Assembly: GCA_051362555.1 (NCBI GenBank)
Contig: CM120644.1
Coordinates: 14,592,534-14,656,533, forward strand
Direction: 5' to 3'
Length of the DNA: 64,000 bases
Origin: Lingula anatina
Lineage: Eukaryota > Animalia > Brachiopoda
Positions 28,639 to 41,039 of the stretch are shown here, one piece after another. Both the position numbers and the translations under genes were made by a program. The notes beneath the pieces were generated by a model, which was given only the letters and a program-made list of their open reading frames with translations, did no database searches and had not been told where the DNA came from. Position 1 is the stretch's first letter; every line of letters starts with the position of its first letter.

Positions 28639-31013
28639 CATGTAAAACATAAATCAGTTACTCAGTCAATACATATTTTTTTTGTCAGACAATTACTAGT
28701 AAACTGAGAGAAATAAGCCTGCTATTGCCATACAGTCTATTCTCACTGAAAAAAAAAAAAAAAAAAAAAAAAAACTTGGGTAAAACATCTTAAATATTAT
28801 TCAAGCAGTGTTCTGTATGCAGTATGTGTTGCAGCCACAGAGTAATCTTTGCCATCAGTTTTTGCCACCAGCACTTGTTCAAACAAGACTGAAGTGGAGG
28901 TCTTGTGTACCAGTATGATAGGCATTCTCACCTCAGAGGAGGGAAGGTTAAGAGTACAACTTCTATCACAGTGAGCGGGTAGAGAAAATGTACAGTAAAG
29001 ACTGACTAAAGCTTTAGTATGTACAAAATTATTCTTTCATCTCATTTTACGAAGCAAAAGTTTATGGGTAATGGCTGAATCGGGGTGGGGTGGGGGGTGT
29101 GGGAGAACTTTGACAATAGTATAGTTTTTTGTGAGTTAGTACAGTAAGTGAAATGAGTCAAAAGGCTCCACAACATGCTTAGCTGGGTTAATTTCAAAGC
29201 AATGTAAATTATACTGTATTATGTTCAAGTTTTATAATTTATTTATATATCATAATTGACTCCCCATTTCTCATCACCTCAGAACTTGAATCATTGCTTA
29301 TCTTAACCAAATCGTATGGAACCAATCTTTTCTTGGCAATGACTGAATCTTATGATCACAATCTAACTCAAATCTTTAAAAAAAAAAACACTCATTCCCA
29401 GTTCTATATTTCAAGGTCCTAAAGTGTCCAAACAATCCAGAGGCTTCTGCACAAACTAAAATACTAGTAGTGGACACAGGGCAGACTACCAGATATCATA
29501 CAATGGCCAAAACTGACCATATTATACCAGGACCACCCCAGCACCTTTTCACCCCTTTTTGAACCATTTTGTCCGCTCACTGACCTCAGGCAAACTATTT
29601 CTAGTCATAAATAATTAGTGTCCAAAGTTTGTTTCACCAAATTGGTGTAGACAAACTTTTACCAAAGAGCAAAAATATGCCGTTTCTTGAACAAGATAAA
29701 ACTGAAGTCTAATTAAATACTAGTATAGAATATTATTATTAATATTATCATTATTATTATTATTACAACTCCTACTCATTCTGCTCAAATATAAAACTAC
29801 CCATCAGAAAAATGATTTCTGTCACTGTCAAATATGAGCAATTTTATTTTCAAAAGTGGACAACTACTGATAAATATCTTCAATAAAAGTATACAGAAGT
29901 TTTAGTCTCTAACGTAAGGCAAATTTCTGGGACTAAAGTGCTTTTGTCAAAACCAGACCCTGGTTCTAAAAGAAAAATGACTAAAAGCTAAAACCCGCTG
30001 AGTTAACACCGATCTCTAATCTATCTCCGCCTTCCTCTAAACACCTAGAGCTAAAGAAGACTTCCCTGATGATCAAAGCATACTGTCTGGCACAAGACAG
30101 ACAAATAGACAAACAGCTGGAGATAAATATTGCCCACAGCCACCTCATACCTGAGTACACACATAGCCCAGCATAGGATTAATATATACCTTGGAAAATT
30201 AAGACTATGAGAAGAATGGGTGCACATATATTGTTCTTAAGTGGGTTGTAGGCAATGTGAATCCAGGCACTAGTACTTCTCTCTCTCTCTCTTTTTTTTT
30301 TATTCAACAATTTGTCTAATACTGTAACTCCATTTAATATATTTATTCACATTGTATTATAAATATATTTATTCACAATGTCCTGACCCCCCCCCCCTTT
30401 CCACTTCCACCTCTCACCTACTTTCTGTCGACCCTCTCCTATCTATTATTCTATTCCTTCAACATATATGAAATTCCAGTTAAAATACTGGACTATGTAT
30501 GTAATTTTAAGTAGCTTGAATTGAATTTGAATAATAAAAGGTGGTAAAATAATTACCTTGCCATGTTTAAAATAGGGGCATTTTTTCTTTAATCTACGCA
30601 GAACTAACACTTTGTTTTGTCAAAAAGTGTCTCCATTGCACGCCTGAACTCTACAGGACCTCCTTCTACTCTATATTGTTTGGGTTTACGTTTTTCTGAG
30701 AACAAAACAGCCTTGTTTCCCCAGAATGACTAACTTAATGATGTGGTCAAGCACCATACTGCCCTCCGGCCATCTTTCTCAGTCTCTGTGCTCGATTTTA
30801 ACACAGGAAATGCCTTCTGTCCAAACTGTCCAAAATCAATGAAACCACAATGATTTTCTTAACTGAGAGTGGGGAGATTTGATACTGTATAAAAGTGGGT
30901 TTTTAACTCCTGCAGACAACCTGTCAATTGCGGTGAATAGTTCTTAACCTGCTCAAATTATTATTTTTCGATAATAAGACCAAGTGTTTGTTAGTTATTT
31001 TAAAGAAGTCGTG

Positions 31014-31068
<55 letters not shown>

Positions 31069-32026
31069 GGGCAGGTGATAAAGACAAAGGGGTAGTTTGG
31101 AGAGAAAGAGCACAAATTATAAATTGAATTACAGACAGAAAGAAGAAAGCAGAGGCAGATTTAATTAAGTGGAAAGGAAGGCAGAAAGAAAGAGAAATAT
31201 GTGACAAAAACAAAATATGTTACTGGCATTCCATACTGAAGGGTCACCAATAGCCTTCAAAGAGATTTCTCACAGGGGTCACTTACGTCAGCTTGAACAA
31301 GCAAATCCCATATATCTCCATAAAATGCATGTAAAGCACCTACAAGACCTTTACATATAAAACATACCTCATCAATTAACCTCAAGGTAAAGCCTGTCAG
31401 ACATCTTGTGATACATGTGACAGTCCCACTTCGGGGACATTGTCTGTCTGGCTAATGTAAGACGTGTGACAGAATGGCTCAAGGCTACACAATCTGACGA
31501 GAAAATATGAGACGATTCAGTCTGCTAAATTTCAATTTTTTTATATTAAACAATACAACAGAATATATTTACAAGTGTCACGGTAACCAATCATACAAAG
31601 TTGCTTGCAAAGGATGCAAAACCTGATAATAAACCACCAGTTTTGGTACATTAACTTTTGTTATGAAGCAGGACATACTGAGGTCTCTTCTGCATGAGGA
31701 AATGCAATCAACTCTCCTTATTATCAGGTCAAGGTAGACACTTACAATTTCAAATATACCATCATTTTACCCTGTCCACACGCTTTAAACAGCCATAAGT
31801 CCTGGTAAATCAAATTCAAACTATATGACCTGATAAATCTATAAATCACAATGGACTCTAATGATCCCTTTTATGTTACAGTCAAGATGGCTATGGCATG
31901 AGAATGTGATTCACACATACGCAGGGGTGTTGATCCCATTAAGAAATATTGCCTCCGAGATTTAACTGACACATAATCAATGGCAGTCTGTCAGCAGATG
32001 AACACGAGTATGGCCTTGAATTTGTC

Positions 32027-32060
<34 letters not shown>

Positions 32061-33199
32061 AGTGACTCACTTACGCAAGCTCTTTGCAGTGGTCACCAAC
32101 CCCTGCCCACAGGAAAAACTTTTCGGACACGGAGGTGCCATAGCAGCTGTGCACACAAAGAACCAAAATCATCAGCTCAAAGGAAGACCAGATTGTCCTC
32201 ATGGACGCCCACTGATGAACCACCACAATGCAAGTTTTTACAATTGTCATTCTGTACATTGTATTGTATGGATTTGTGTGTACGCATGTTTGTGTGTGTA
32301 TGCATGCATCTGTTTGAGTCCATCTTCATGCATGCCAGTGTGCCTGTATGCATCCATACGTGCATATTTTTGCGCACATGCATGCATGTCATTGTGTATG
32401 AAGAAAGTATCCATGGGTCTCAAACAGCAGACATTCATTTCTTGTGATATAACAGGCACAATATTCTGCTTTAATATGGGACTACTTCTGTACCATCTAC
32501 AGTATGACAGTTCAGACCCAAATTTTTGGTCTTAAAGTTTATGTTAATTTTCTGTATTTTTAAGAAAATTCTTTTGTGAAACAGAACACAGCAGAGAGAA
32601 ACCCGCAAGCAGACTACTAGTACTAGTACATACACACAGTTTTGTACTAGCATCACCCAGTTGAGAACGAAGATCATATCGCCCATACTTCGTGCCCTAC
32701 TTCTATGATCACTGACACAGATGAACCATCTGCATCTGTTGTCTGACATGGATGGGGGCAGTTAAAGCCAACTCCAACCAATACAGAGAACCATTTTGTC
32801 TTATCAATGCATATAACTCAACAGAAGAACAAAAAGCTAATTAACAATTATCCTGGGATAAAATAAATACAAAAAAAAAAAAAAAAATTCAGTGTCCATT
32901 GCCAACTGCTGGATGATATTGAATAACACGTAGATTAATGAGATATAAGCCATTACAAAATGAAAACCCAAAGGACATTAATTGTCTTATCATTTCTAAC
33001 CTTCTTGCCAAGGAGAACAATAGACGAGTATCACTTCTGTTGTCACAGGGGACCTAGCGTCCCAGACAGATCATGAGTTTTGCATACAAAGCAGTTTAAA
33101 GATCAATATACCCCCATAACAAGAAGGAAAACATATAGCTGCTTACACTTTGTGCCACCAAGAGTAGGCTAATTCTGTCCACACACACATATGCATGCC

Positions 33200-33234
<35 letters not shown>

Positions 33235-36181
33235 ACCATTTGATTTATCTTCAGACTTGGATCATAGCCTTCAGACTAAAATGTTTGTCTTAACTCTTTC
33301 AATATTGAAATCAATTCCTAGCCTATTCCCAGGTATTTTGTGATTGGAAGCAAGGCAGAAGGGGGGAGGCCTTTTTTCATTGGCAACTGCTTAATCTTCA
33401 CCCCTGAACATTACACAACATTAACACAAACTAGCTGTTCAAGTGATACACAGAATTAGAACCTTGCATAATAATAATCACGCCCTGCAGGTTCTGCGCC
33501 ATCTGTGACACACGACAATGTCATGCCAGTGCATCATCATCTACGTAATATGGCTCAAGCACTTTGTACATCAAGACAGCTGGGAGAGGTGGAAGATGCA
33601 TAAAACAGCACAGGATTAGGGACCGTTCATATGAAAAATCTATTTTCTAAAAATCTATTTTCTATTCGCAGTATCTTGTGATCACGGTCTGTGCCCTGAA
33701 TACCCCGCAGCGTAATTACTGGCAGCGCGACCCAGTTACTTCCAAAGCTGTTATTAATTCTCGGCTGTGCTCGGAGTGATCACAAGATACCGCGAATAGA
33801 AAATAGATTTTTAGAAAATAGATTTTTCATATGAACGGTCCCTTAATTCGGTGCAAGTTTGGGTCTCTTGGGGCGTCAAACTGTATCTATGGTCATGATA
33901 CTCTGGTACCTGCAGTACAACAGTTGAACAATACTGCATTTTCCTTCTCTTAGGGTGCATTCAGATGCACACATTGTTCTAGCAAGGTCGGTCCAACTCT
34001 GCAGGAGATTCTTGCTAAAGTGCAATCAGTGGGACAGCTTAATCAGCGCTGGAAAGTTAATTACCTAGCTGCTCGAGGAGGTGTGTCAGACAACTGAGCT
34101 GATTTCAATGATTGCACTTAGTGAAAATCCCCCAAAGACTTGTACCGACCTAACTAGTACAATGTGTGAACCTGAATGCAGTCTAACATCATGTTATTTT
34201 TGAATATCACAAATCAAATAAATTGTGTTTAGACAGGCAGACAGATAGACAGACAGACAGAGGGGGAGAGTGCACATGACATAAGGTCAAAAGAAATGTC
34301 ACACTCTAGCCAAAGTAAATGCAAATGACAGCTCCTGTACAATTTTTTTCCTTCTTAATTTATAAGCATTACTTATAAATAATTGAATTCATAAGTAATT
34401 TGCATTTTTTTCATCTCTGTAAACAATTTATTAATTCCATTTCATCTAGATTCATATATTAAATTGTTCATATATGGTAAATATTATATAATCATCATTT
34501 TGTAGGGGATCTTGACGCTTAAAAATACCAATTACAATGAATGTACAAGGAACAGTGATTGAAATAAATAATTTATTCAATATTGAAGCACTGGTTTTGA
34601 GATAAACATTGCTTGGTAGCAGACAAATTCTCTTTGTCAAAGCACCAGCAATAAAGCTCAAATCAATATACAGCATATAGCACATGCTATAAGGCTGCAC
34701 ATGCCTATTTATTAAACACCCATATCTTATAAGTTATCCGGCCACTTGATACATATTGGAATATTCAACATGATAATGTAGCATAAGGAACTAACAATAT
34801 TACACACCCATGTTATTAGATGTGCTGGGTTATGAATTAGTTTAGATAAATTCATACATAAAACTAGTATATGTTTGCACCATGTATATCAGATTAAAAT
34901 GTACAAACTTGACAGTTATGTAATGTAATTTGTAATGCAATGCAATGTAATGTAATGTAATGTAATGTAATTTGTAATGTAATGTAATGTAATGTAATTT
35001 GTAATGCAATGCAATGTAATGTAATGTAATGTAATGTAATTTGTAATGTAATGTAATGTAATGTAATTTGTAATGTAATGTAATGTAATGTAATTTGTAA
35101 TGCAATGTAATGTAATGTAATGTAATGTAATGTAATGTAATGTAATTTGTAATGTAATGTAATTTGTAATGCAATGTAATGGTGTATAACAATAAATCAA
35201 TTTAAAGGTATACAGGCCACATTTGAACATATTTCAAAGTCGTATTTCCTTTGTCTGTAGACATATCCTGCAAAGCCCCTTGTCTAATCTTTCCAAATGT
35301 AGAACTTATAAATGATAAAAACCCCTCAAATAAAAGTACCTGATATCCATATTTCTTTCTGTGTAATGCACAGGTAAACATGAAGGTGAAAGTGACTAGA
35401 CAGTTATTTAGAACTTATTTTTAAAATTCTATAATTAGAAATGATATGCATTGATCTGTAATTTTTGTGATTTGCAAGCTTTTCAAGCTTATTCTTTCTC
35501 AAATCCTTGTTCTGGTTAAAGAAAATATTCATGAAATAGATTCTTAGGCCTGTGTCATATATATACAACAAACTGGTTTCTAAAGCATAAAAGTTATTTC
35601 CATTTATTATAGATTCTATCCATATCTTGGCATTCATATTTGACACGTCTGCCTCACCTTTCAAAACAAAACATAAATCAAGCCAGAAAACGATACCGAT
35701 ACCACAATATTACACGACTTTATCAAGATTAAACTGGAAAGACACCAGTTCTGGCATAGGTGACCTAAATATTGAAGAAAAGTTTGTGGTCTTTGGCTTG
35801 TTCTGTGCAATTTAACTCTGTAAGGTTGATAAATCAAATAAGTAATTTATGTGCTTTTTATCCTTTGTCTAAATATTTTAATGGATTAGTCTCCTTCCTC
35901 TTCTTGCATAACTGACCCGGAAAATATGTCTTTTATTCCAAATAAATGAATTTACCTTTTTCATCTTTTATACCACTTTTAAAATCATATTTTTTCATTT
36001 ATTTCATTATTATTTTTTGAGGGGGGGGGGATGTTTTTAAGTCTAAATTCATGGCAAACAATTCCAATAGCACCAAACCAATAAACCTGGATACACAATG
36101 GGGTTTACAAGCTAATTCCTACATGAGGTAAAGCAATCAACAATAACGGACATCTTTCTATTTGAGGTCACGGTGGCAGCA

Positions 36182-36260
<79 letters not shown>

Positions 36261-38482
36261 TGGGTGGAAGAGAGTCATGATCAGCAGTGTGATATTCGGG
36301 GTGCTGGGGTGCTTCCAAATTTGACTTATGCCTATGAGGAGGTATTTATTGCACCCCATAAAATTCAACCAACAAAGCTATTGTTACACTGGGACTCAAA
36401 TACAATCTCTTACAATGCTTATAGTAACAGCAAATAAGCTTTTTAATAATAAAAAAAATTTTAAAAAAAACATTGCATTAACTAAAAAAAAATTGCCTTC
36501 ACTTCAAATTCAAGTATGGCCTTGTAAAAGAAAGTTCTCAAGGTCGCATGCACCCATCTATCATCATTAAAAAAAAAAGTCTGCATTTGTAAACAAATCC
36601 TTGACAAATTAATGTTTTTATCAGTGCATCTCAGACTTTATGACCAGTGATGTTCCTGTTTTTGCTCTTACTCATATGTTAAACACTCCTTATGATCTTA
36701 ACCGAGTGTCCGGCTTTATTAAGAACTGTAATTGATATTTATATAGAAAAGGACAGGAAGGACATTTTGCTATACTGAGTAAGCAAAACAAGGTCACACT
36801 GATCTCCACCAGTGGTACAAGTCTTCTTCCTAGTTGTTGTCAGGAGAATCCGAGATAGAAAGTTTTTTTTGTCTCACAAAAAATTTAAACAGTAGGCTCT
36901 AAATGACAGGCGCCACTTTTCAACAAGGAAATTTGCGTCACATGTGTAAACTTCAATCTAAAGCACAGAAAAAAAGTCATTTCACACGATTTTGTTTGAG
37001 AAAAACAACAAAGAATCATTCTGTAAAAAGTTGTGCATATCATATATCATTTACTAAGACTTGGCTTAATATTTTAAATGCTTTGGCAAAAGGTAGTTCA
37101 CTAATTAGCATAATAAATCATGGCAATATCGGTCTGTACTGTGTGGAGCTATCACTTGTCCAGCTGTACTATGGGGGTGCAATGTCTTTGTTATGTCAAC
37201 ACATAGTAGCAGTCTTAGTCAGACTGGGGAATGTCCAGTAGTGGTCAAATTCAGTGTCAGTGATCACTAGAGATTTACCATGTGTATAAACATTAGACTC
37301 ATCAGACAAAAAATAAAACAAAAATGAAAACACACACACATATCTGCAGTAGTCCAGTTAAAATTTAATTATTGATTGAATAGCTATAAAAGGTATCCAT
37401 TCCATTTTATATCATATTACAGGTCCTTAATTCTCATAAAAGTGGTCCAATACCTCATTTAATTGTACCACTAGTCTACTGCCTTATCTCAGGTCAAAGG
37501 ACTTGGGACTAAATTATTTGGTGTCAAGTTCTTAAGTGTGACCCGTCCTATTTGACAGGATCTTCATACAAGTTAAAATTGTCCTTGGATGTTACCTTTT
37601 AACATCACCCTTTAAGCCGCATACAATGCTTCCCATTAACAGAAGCCTATATGCAGTTTGTCTGTTGGGGTATTTGTAATAGGATTTAGTCGACTGGGTA
37701 ATATGATATATTAACATGAAAGGCCTATTAACAATAGGCAAAGGATGTCATTGAAGAGAAGGGTCACCTGGACTTTCTAGAGGAATATTCAGGGTGTAGT
37801 CCAGATTATTTTCCTCTGCTTGGTAGTTATGCATGGAGAGCAGTCTTTAATACCATTTGCATAAGAGAGAGAGAGAGAGAGGAGGGAGGATGGTAGAGGA
37901 GACCTGTCAAACAAGCCCAGACCAGGAACAAAAACAGATTCCCTCACCCTGTTCATATCAGCAATAGTGGTAGATATTTGGTTTGAACATCAAATTCGCA
38001 CCTCTTTAATAATTTACATTTTATCATCTCCAGAAATCGAAAATCTGTCACAGTTGGGCAAACAAGCAATGTCCAAAGTTCTTGATCGACAATGCCATCT
38101 ACACTATATAAGTACAATCAGTGTCAACAAAACAAGTGACATTACGAAGCCAGTTGAACACTTAAACTTAAAGATAAGGCGCTTATTTATGAGTTCCGCC
38201 CTGTTTGTTTTCTGCCCTCAACCCTGGTGCAATTTACAATGAAATCTGGGTCATACTTCCCCTTTGCGGCTTTTGGGAAATTTATAAGGAAAGGGAGATT
38301 CACGACTTACAAGTTGCATTAAAATGTATGTTACACACAGATCACATTTAACTTACCAATACTTTTGTGAAACGCCGCTCGAGTTCCACGGGCTCTGGCA
38401 TGGGGAGTCGTATTGGCATTGTTTGCGCACGTAAATCCGTGTGATGGTTCGGGCGAGCGGGTGTGCTTTCCCCGTTCCCCAT
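268..38482 (-). CDS. FMNL: Formin-like protein (FMNL/Frl subfamily): GBD/FH3, coiled coil, FH1 and start of FH2. 5' part only; the gene continues past the window start
   Basis: 17 GT-AG exons join in frame: 38357-38482 (MGNGESTP...[10 protein letters not shown]), 27948-28031 ([28 protein letters not shown]), 26050-26139 ([12 protein letters not shown]...YLDP), 20641-20720 ([18 protein letters not shown]), 16497-16580 (WVREFL), 15921-16143 ([17 protein letters not shown]), 5945-6021 (YGFNLV), 5504-5597 ([15 protein letters not shown]), 5180-5257, 4767-4877 ([27 protein letters not shown]), 4244-4393, 3904-3952, 3563-3615, 3019-3157, 2437-2619 (poly-Pro FH1), 1555-1679 ([14 protein letters not shown]2 start), 268-415. 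These motifs are diagnostic of FMNL1-3/Frl. The N-terminal MGNxxS fits the myristoylation signal known for FMNLs. Confidence 0.95.
6122..8606 (-). mobile_element. Non-autonomous Helentron-type element (HINE/DINE-1-like), copy 1, with about 8.5 x 146-bp internal tandem repeats
   Basis: Left end ACTAG, then hairpin GAGGCG-atac-CGCCTC and subterminal repeat ATTGTACCACCAGC. Right end has its inverse GCTGGTGGTACAAT within hairpin GTACCGCCAGCG-ccta-CGCTGGTGGTAC, preceded by a 9-bp GGAGCCGCA microsatellite. Central satellite array about 6376-7610. A/T-rich insertion site, no TSD. Confidence 0.85.
8609..10141 (-). mobile_element. Helentron-type element, diverged copy 2, joined head-to-tail to copy 1
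   Basis: Same termini (ACTAGAGGATCAGAGAGGCGATACCGCCTCCG ... GTACCGCCAGCG-taca-CGCTGGTGGTAC). About 4 degenerate satellite units and a diverged interior. Confidence 0.8.
11688..15570 (-). mobile_element. Helentron-type element copy 3 (about 10.5 x 146-bp repeats) plus a tandem duplication of its right-hand 0.8 kb
   Basis: Same termini as copy 1. Array about 11942-13470. 13921-14738 is repeated at 14739-15570. Confidence 0.85.
13716..14007. mobile_element. 292-bp MITE nested in Helentron copy 3
   Basis: TIR TACGGAAGCCGACTGGTGCCATATG, 6-bp TSD CATTTT (13710-13715, 14008-14013). Five internal copies of the palindrome TATCTCGAAATTTCGAGATA at about 50-bp spacing. It is absent from copies 1 and 4, which show the empty site. 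Confidence 0.85.
17677..17861. mobile_element. Old degenerate palindromic MITE (GGGTGCATTCA-type end)
   Basis: GGGTGCATTCAAAAC ... GTTGTGAATGCGCCC with further imperfect internal symmetry. Confidence 0.5.
19741..20292. mobile_element. PIF/Harbinger (Tourist-like) MITE, 552 bp
   Basis: Long imperfect TIRs (GAGCGGATTCTCAA... / ...TTGAGAATGCGCTC), TTA TSD on both sides. Near-identical inverted copies lie at 50894 and 53058. Confidence 0.9.
21436..23365 (-). mobile_element. Helentron-type element copy 4 (about 4.5 x 146-bp repeats)
   Basis: Same termini, unique segments and microsatellite as copy 1. Confidence 0.85.
24338..24364 (-). CDS. Candidate 27-nt alternative micro-exon of FMNL (LTAWICNNE)
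   Basis: On the minus strand: branch-like CTAAT, pyrimidine tract cctttccttcacatcattAG, 27 nt open in phase 0-0, then a GTGAGC donor. It lies in the phase-0 intron between ...SRSSR and KRKML... Confidence 0.45.
24672..24844. mobile_element. 173-bp MITE with 5-bp flanking direct repeat
   Basis: TIR CTGGGGTAGC(A/G)CTA. ATAAG on both sides (24667-24671, 24845-24849). Confidence 0.6.
26226..26425. mobile_element. Old degenerate palindromic MITE
   Basis: Inverted arms such as CAGATCAAATATGGCTGACTCACTT / AAGTGAGCCGGCCATATTTGATCTG, with GCATTC / AATGC near the ends. Confidence 0.5.
28575..28635. repeat. (CA)n microsatellite
   Basis: Direct reading. Confidence 0.95.
33619..33842. mobile_element. 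Harbinger-type MITE, 224 bp
   Basis: About 67-bp TIR GGGACCGTTCATATGAAAAATCTATTTTC..., with TTA TSD (33616-33618, 33843-33845). Confidence 0.9.
33953..34183. mobile_element. Old degenerate palindromic MITE (GGGTGCATTCA-type end)
   Basis: Imperfect inverted arms GGGTGCATTCAG...CTGAATGCAGTC, flanked by TTA and TAA. Confidence 0.55.
34917..35180. repeat. (TGTAA)n pentanucleotide microsatellite
   Basis: Direct reading, with TGCAA and TTTGTAA variants. Confidence 0.95.
36185..36259. repeat. (AT)n microsatellite
   Basis: Direct reading. Confidence 0.95.
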
Positions 38483-38744
38483 CTTGAAAACCACTATTTC
38501 AGTCACTTTGAATCTTGGTTCGAGCCGACTCAGATGCAAGATAAGATCCTAAGACGCGCTCTCAGCTCTCGTGGCTTGTAAATTCCTTGGTTGATCTAAG
38601 TCCTGGGTTTTTAGGGTCGCCTGTTTTTCCTTGCCGCTTCATTAGGGCGTTTTTGTCTACATCATTTTAGCCTCACAATCGGAAACTCTTAGCAGTCGTT
38701 TTCTCTTCCCACTCAAGATTTGACCTAGAAGGTTGAGTCATAAG

Positions 38745-38760
38745 AAATCTCGCGAGATTT
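38745..38760. promoter_or_regulatory. Palindromic TCTCGCGAGA promoter element in the FMNL/UGT divergent promoter
   Basis: Perfect 16-bp palindrome AAATCTCGCGAGATTT lying between two ATGs 595 bp apart. Confidence 0.55.
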
Positions 38761-39076
38761 GCCGTGAATTCTTATCATAAGAAATGGTTATTTTGAACTC
38801 ATTAAATTAAATATATTCTTATGCTTCAGTAAATATCTTGATTAAATTTTGTATTGAATATTAAAATGTTGATAAAATTACTATCTGTTTACGAATGAAA
38901 TTGCATATTGACATTTTATCCCAAATGTCCACAATCTGCCGCATTCTTCACAAATGGAGTACAGAAAGCATACCAGGAAATAAATGTGCGTTGTCAAAAT
39001 GACTTATTTTTGGATCTAAATTTTTTTTCTCCTGACCGAAATTGAAAGTGAAAAAGTGCCAAACAACGACAAGAAA

Positions 39077-41039
39077 ATGCCTTTCTTGCAATTCTTATTT
39101 ATGTTGACGTTAGTTGCAAATATGGGGGACACAGGTAAAGTGCTGATCTTTCCGTACGCACTTCAGAAAACCTCTCGGTTGATGAATCTAGAAAATATCG
39201 CTGTCATGATCGCGGATCAGGGAAAACATCAGGTCACTGTATTGCTTCCCTCTAACATGAAGTCAGAAGAGAAAGTTGGCGTGAACTACGTCTACTGGTC
39301 TTCACCGGATAAGTTGACAGGTACCGCCACGAGTACATTTTTTTTTTTTTTTTTTTTTGGCTTTTTTAAATTTTAAATGAAAAAGAGGATATTTTTCATA
39401 GTATTACATGTACATCTACTTTATTGATTTTGCTTTTTCATCTAATTCATTTGATAACTCTGAGACTTGATCTTTCTGAGAATTTTTATGGATATTTATT
39501 AATTTTTTTATTTATTTAATTATTTATTTATACATTTAGGTGGTCTCTCATTTAGGAGGGAACATTCTCTATTTTTTTCTGTTTTGAACAGAGTAAGACA
39601 AAAGTTTACCTTAAGATATTAGACTGTTATTTCTGTGTTCACTTTCAGTGGATATGAGCTCTCTTGACAAAATTCAAGAAGTAGAGAAGTCGGTGAACTT
39701 GCTAAAGATTGCTGAAGACTATTGCACAGGACTTTTGCAGGGTGAACTTATTCATGAACTAAAGGTGCAACACTTTGATTTATTTATAACAGACTACATG
39801 GAACTCTGTGGCAGATTCCTAATTGATTATTTTCATATTCCAACTATCCTATACAGCAATAATGGTGTGGCTGCCTGCTGGGGAGAAGTTTATGCAAATA
39901 ACTATGCATTTGTCCCCCATATGTTTTCCCACTTCACAGAAAAAATGAGTTTAACTGAGAGGCTGATCAATGCACTTTGGTATCTGAGTGTAAGTAGTAA
40001 CTTTCTCAGTCGTGGCCAACAGCATTTACTGTCTCTGAAAGAGAAGTACAACTTGGATGTGCCAGTGGACCTGAAAAGGGCACATGAGAGAGCTTCAATA
40101 ACATTTGCAAATACCCATTTTGCACTTGACTACCCTCAGCTGTTTATGCCGCACATAATCCCCATTGCAATTACAAGAAGAGCAAGACCACTTACAGAGC
40201 GACAAGAAAATTTTATGAATTCTTCAGGAAACCGAGGAGTTATTGTGGTGTCATTCGGATCTTTGGTATCTACAATGAATGAGGAAAGAGCTCAGACATT
40301 TGCATCAGCTTTTTCAAAACTTGAGCAAAATGTTCTGTGGCGCAACACAGGAGAGCAACTGCCAAATTTAAGTACAAATGTAGTGCAATCCGACTGGCTG
40401 CCTCAGAATGATCTACTCGGTCACCCACAGACAAAATTGTTCATCACTCATTGCGGGGCCTCGGGGAGCCTCGAGGCAGCATATCATGGAGTGCCAGTCA
40501 TTGCCATGCCCCTCCACATGGATCAGTTTCACTACGCGGAACTACTGGTCAGTCGTGCCAAAATGGGGGTCAAGTTAGATTTTCAGACGGTCACTGAGGA
40601 GCAGCTCCTTGAGGCTATTAAGACAGTTATCAGTGATCCATTTTACACAAAAAATGCCCAAAAAATATCTCGGCTTATGAAAGATAGACCCATGGGTGTG
40701 AAAGACACGGTGAATTACTGGGTTGACTATGTTATTTCACACCACGGCCCTATGCACCTTCACTCCATGGCAGCATATAGTTTAACTCAGTGGCAGTACC
40801 TAATGCTAGATGTGATTGCGTTGGTAGCCGTTGTTGTGGTGATTGTGGTAGTTGGGACAGGTTGTGTTATAAAGTTGTGCTTTAAAAGGTGTAAAAGTTG
40901 CTTTCGTCAATGGAGGCTCTCTGAGGGAGAAGAAGAACCCAAATTGTCCCTTTTTGAGCGATTTAAGACATTCCTGATGCCAAGAAAAGATTCATTAGTT
41001 GTGTCCCCAGAGGAGGTAGAAATAAAGAAAGAAAATTAG
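39077..41039 (+). CDS. UGT: UDP-glucuronosyl/glycosyltransferase (GT1, UDPGT family), 544 aa, two exons
   Basis: Exon 1 39077-39320 (signal peptide, GKVLIFP, HQVTVL), phase-1 GT-AG intron, exon 2 39649-41039. It has VSFGS, the UGT signature WLPQNDLLGHP...FITHCG...EAAYHGVP...P...DQ, a C-terminal TM helix and a KKEN di-lysine ER-retrieval tail. Confidence 0.95.

Noticed and set aside
31980-32535. Overlapping 155-aa and 167-aa ORFs
   Set aside because: They arise from (TG)n and TGCA-rich low-complexity sequence in FMNL intron 1, with no coherent protein features or splice context.
34842-35230. ITLHY-repeat ORFs
   Set aside because: Translation of the (TGTAA)n microsatellite.
35650-35760. GTGAGG donor-like site and MPELVSF... 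frame in FMNL intron 1
   Set aside because: The frame hits a stop before the donor and the phases do not match exon 2. At most a non-coding exon, which cannot be supported here.
39056-39376. ORF-track 106-aa and 463-aa ORFs as two separate genes
   Set aside because: They are exons 1 and 2 of one UGT, joined by a phase-1 GT-AG intron (39321-39648).
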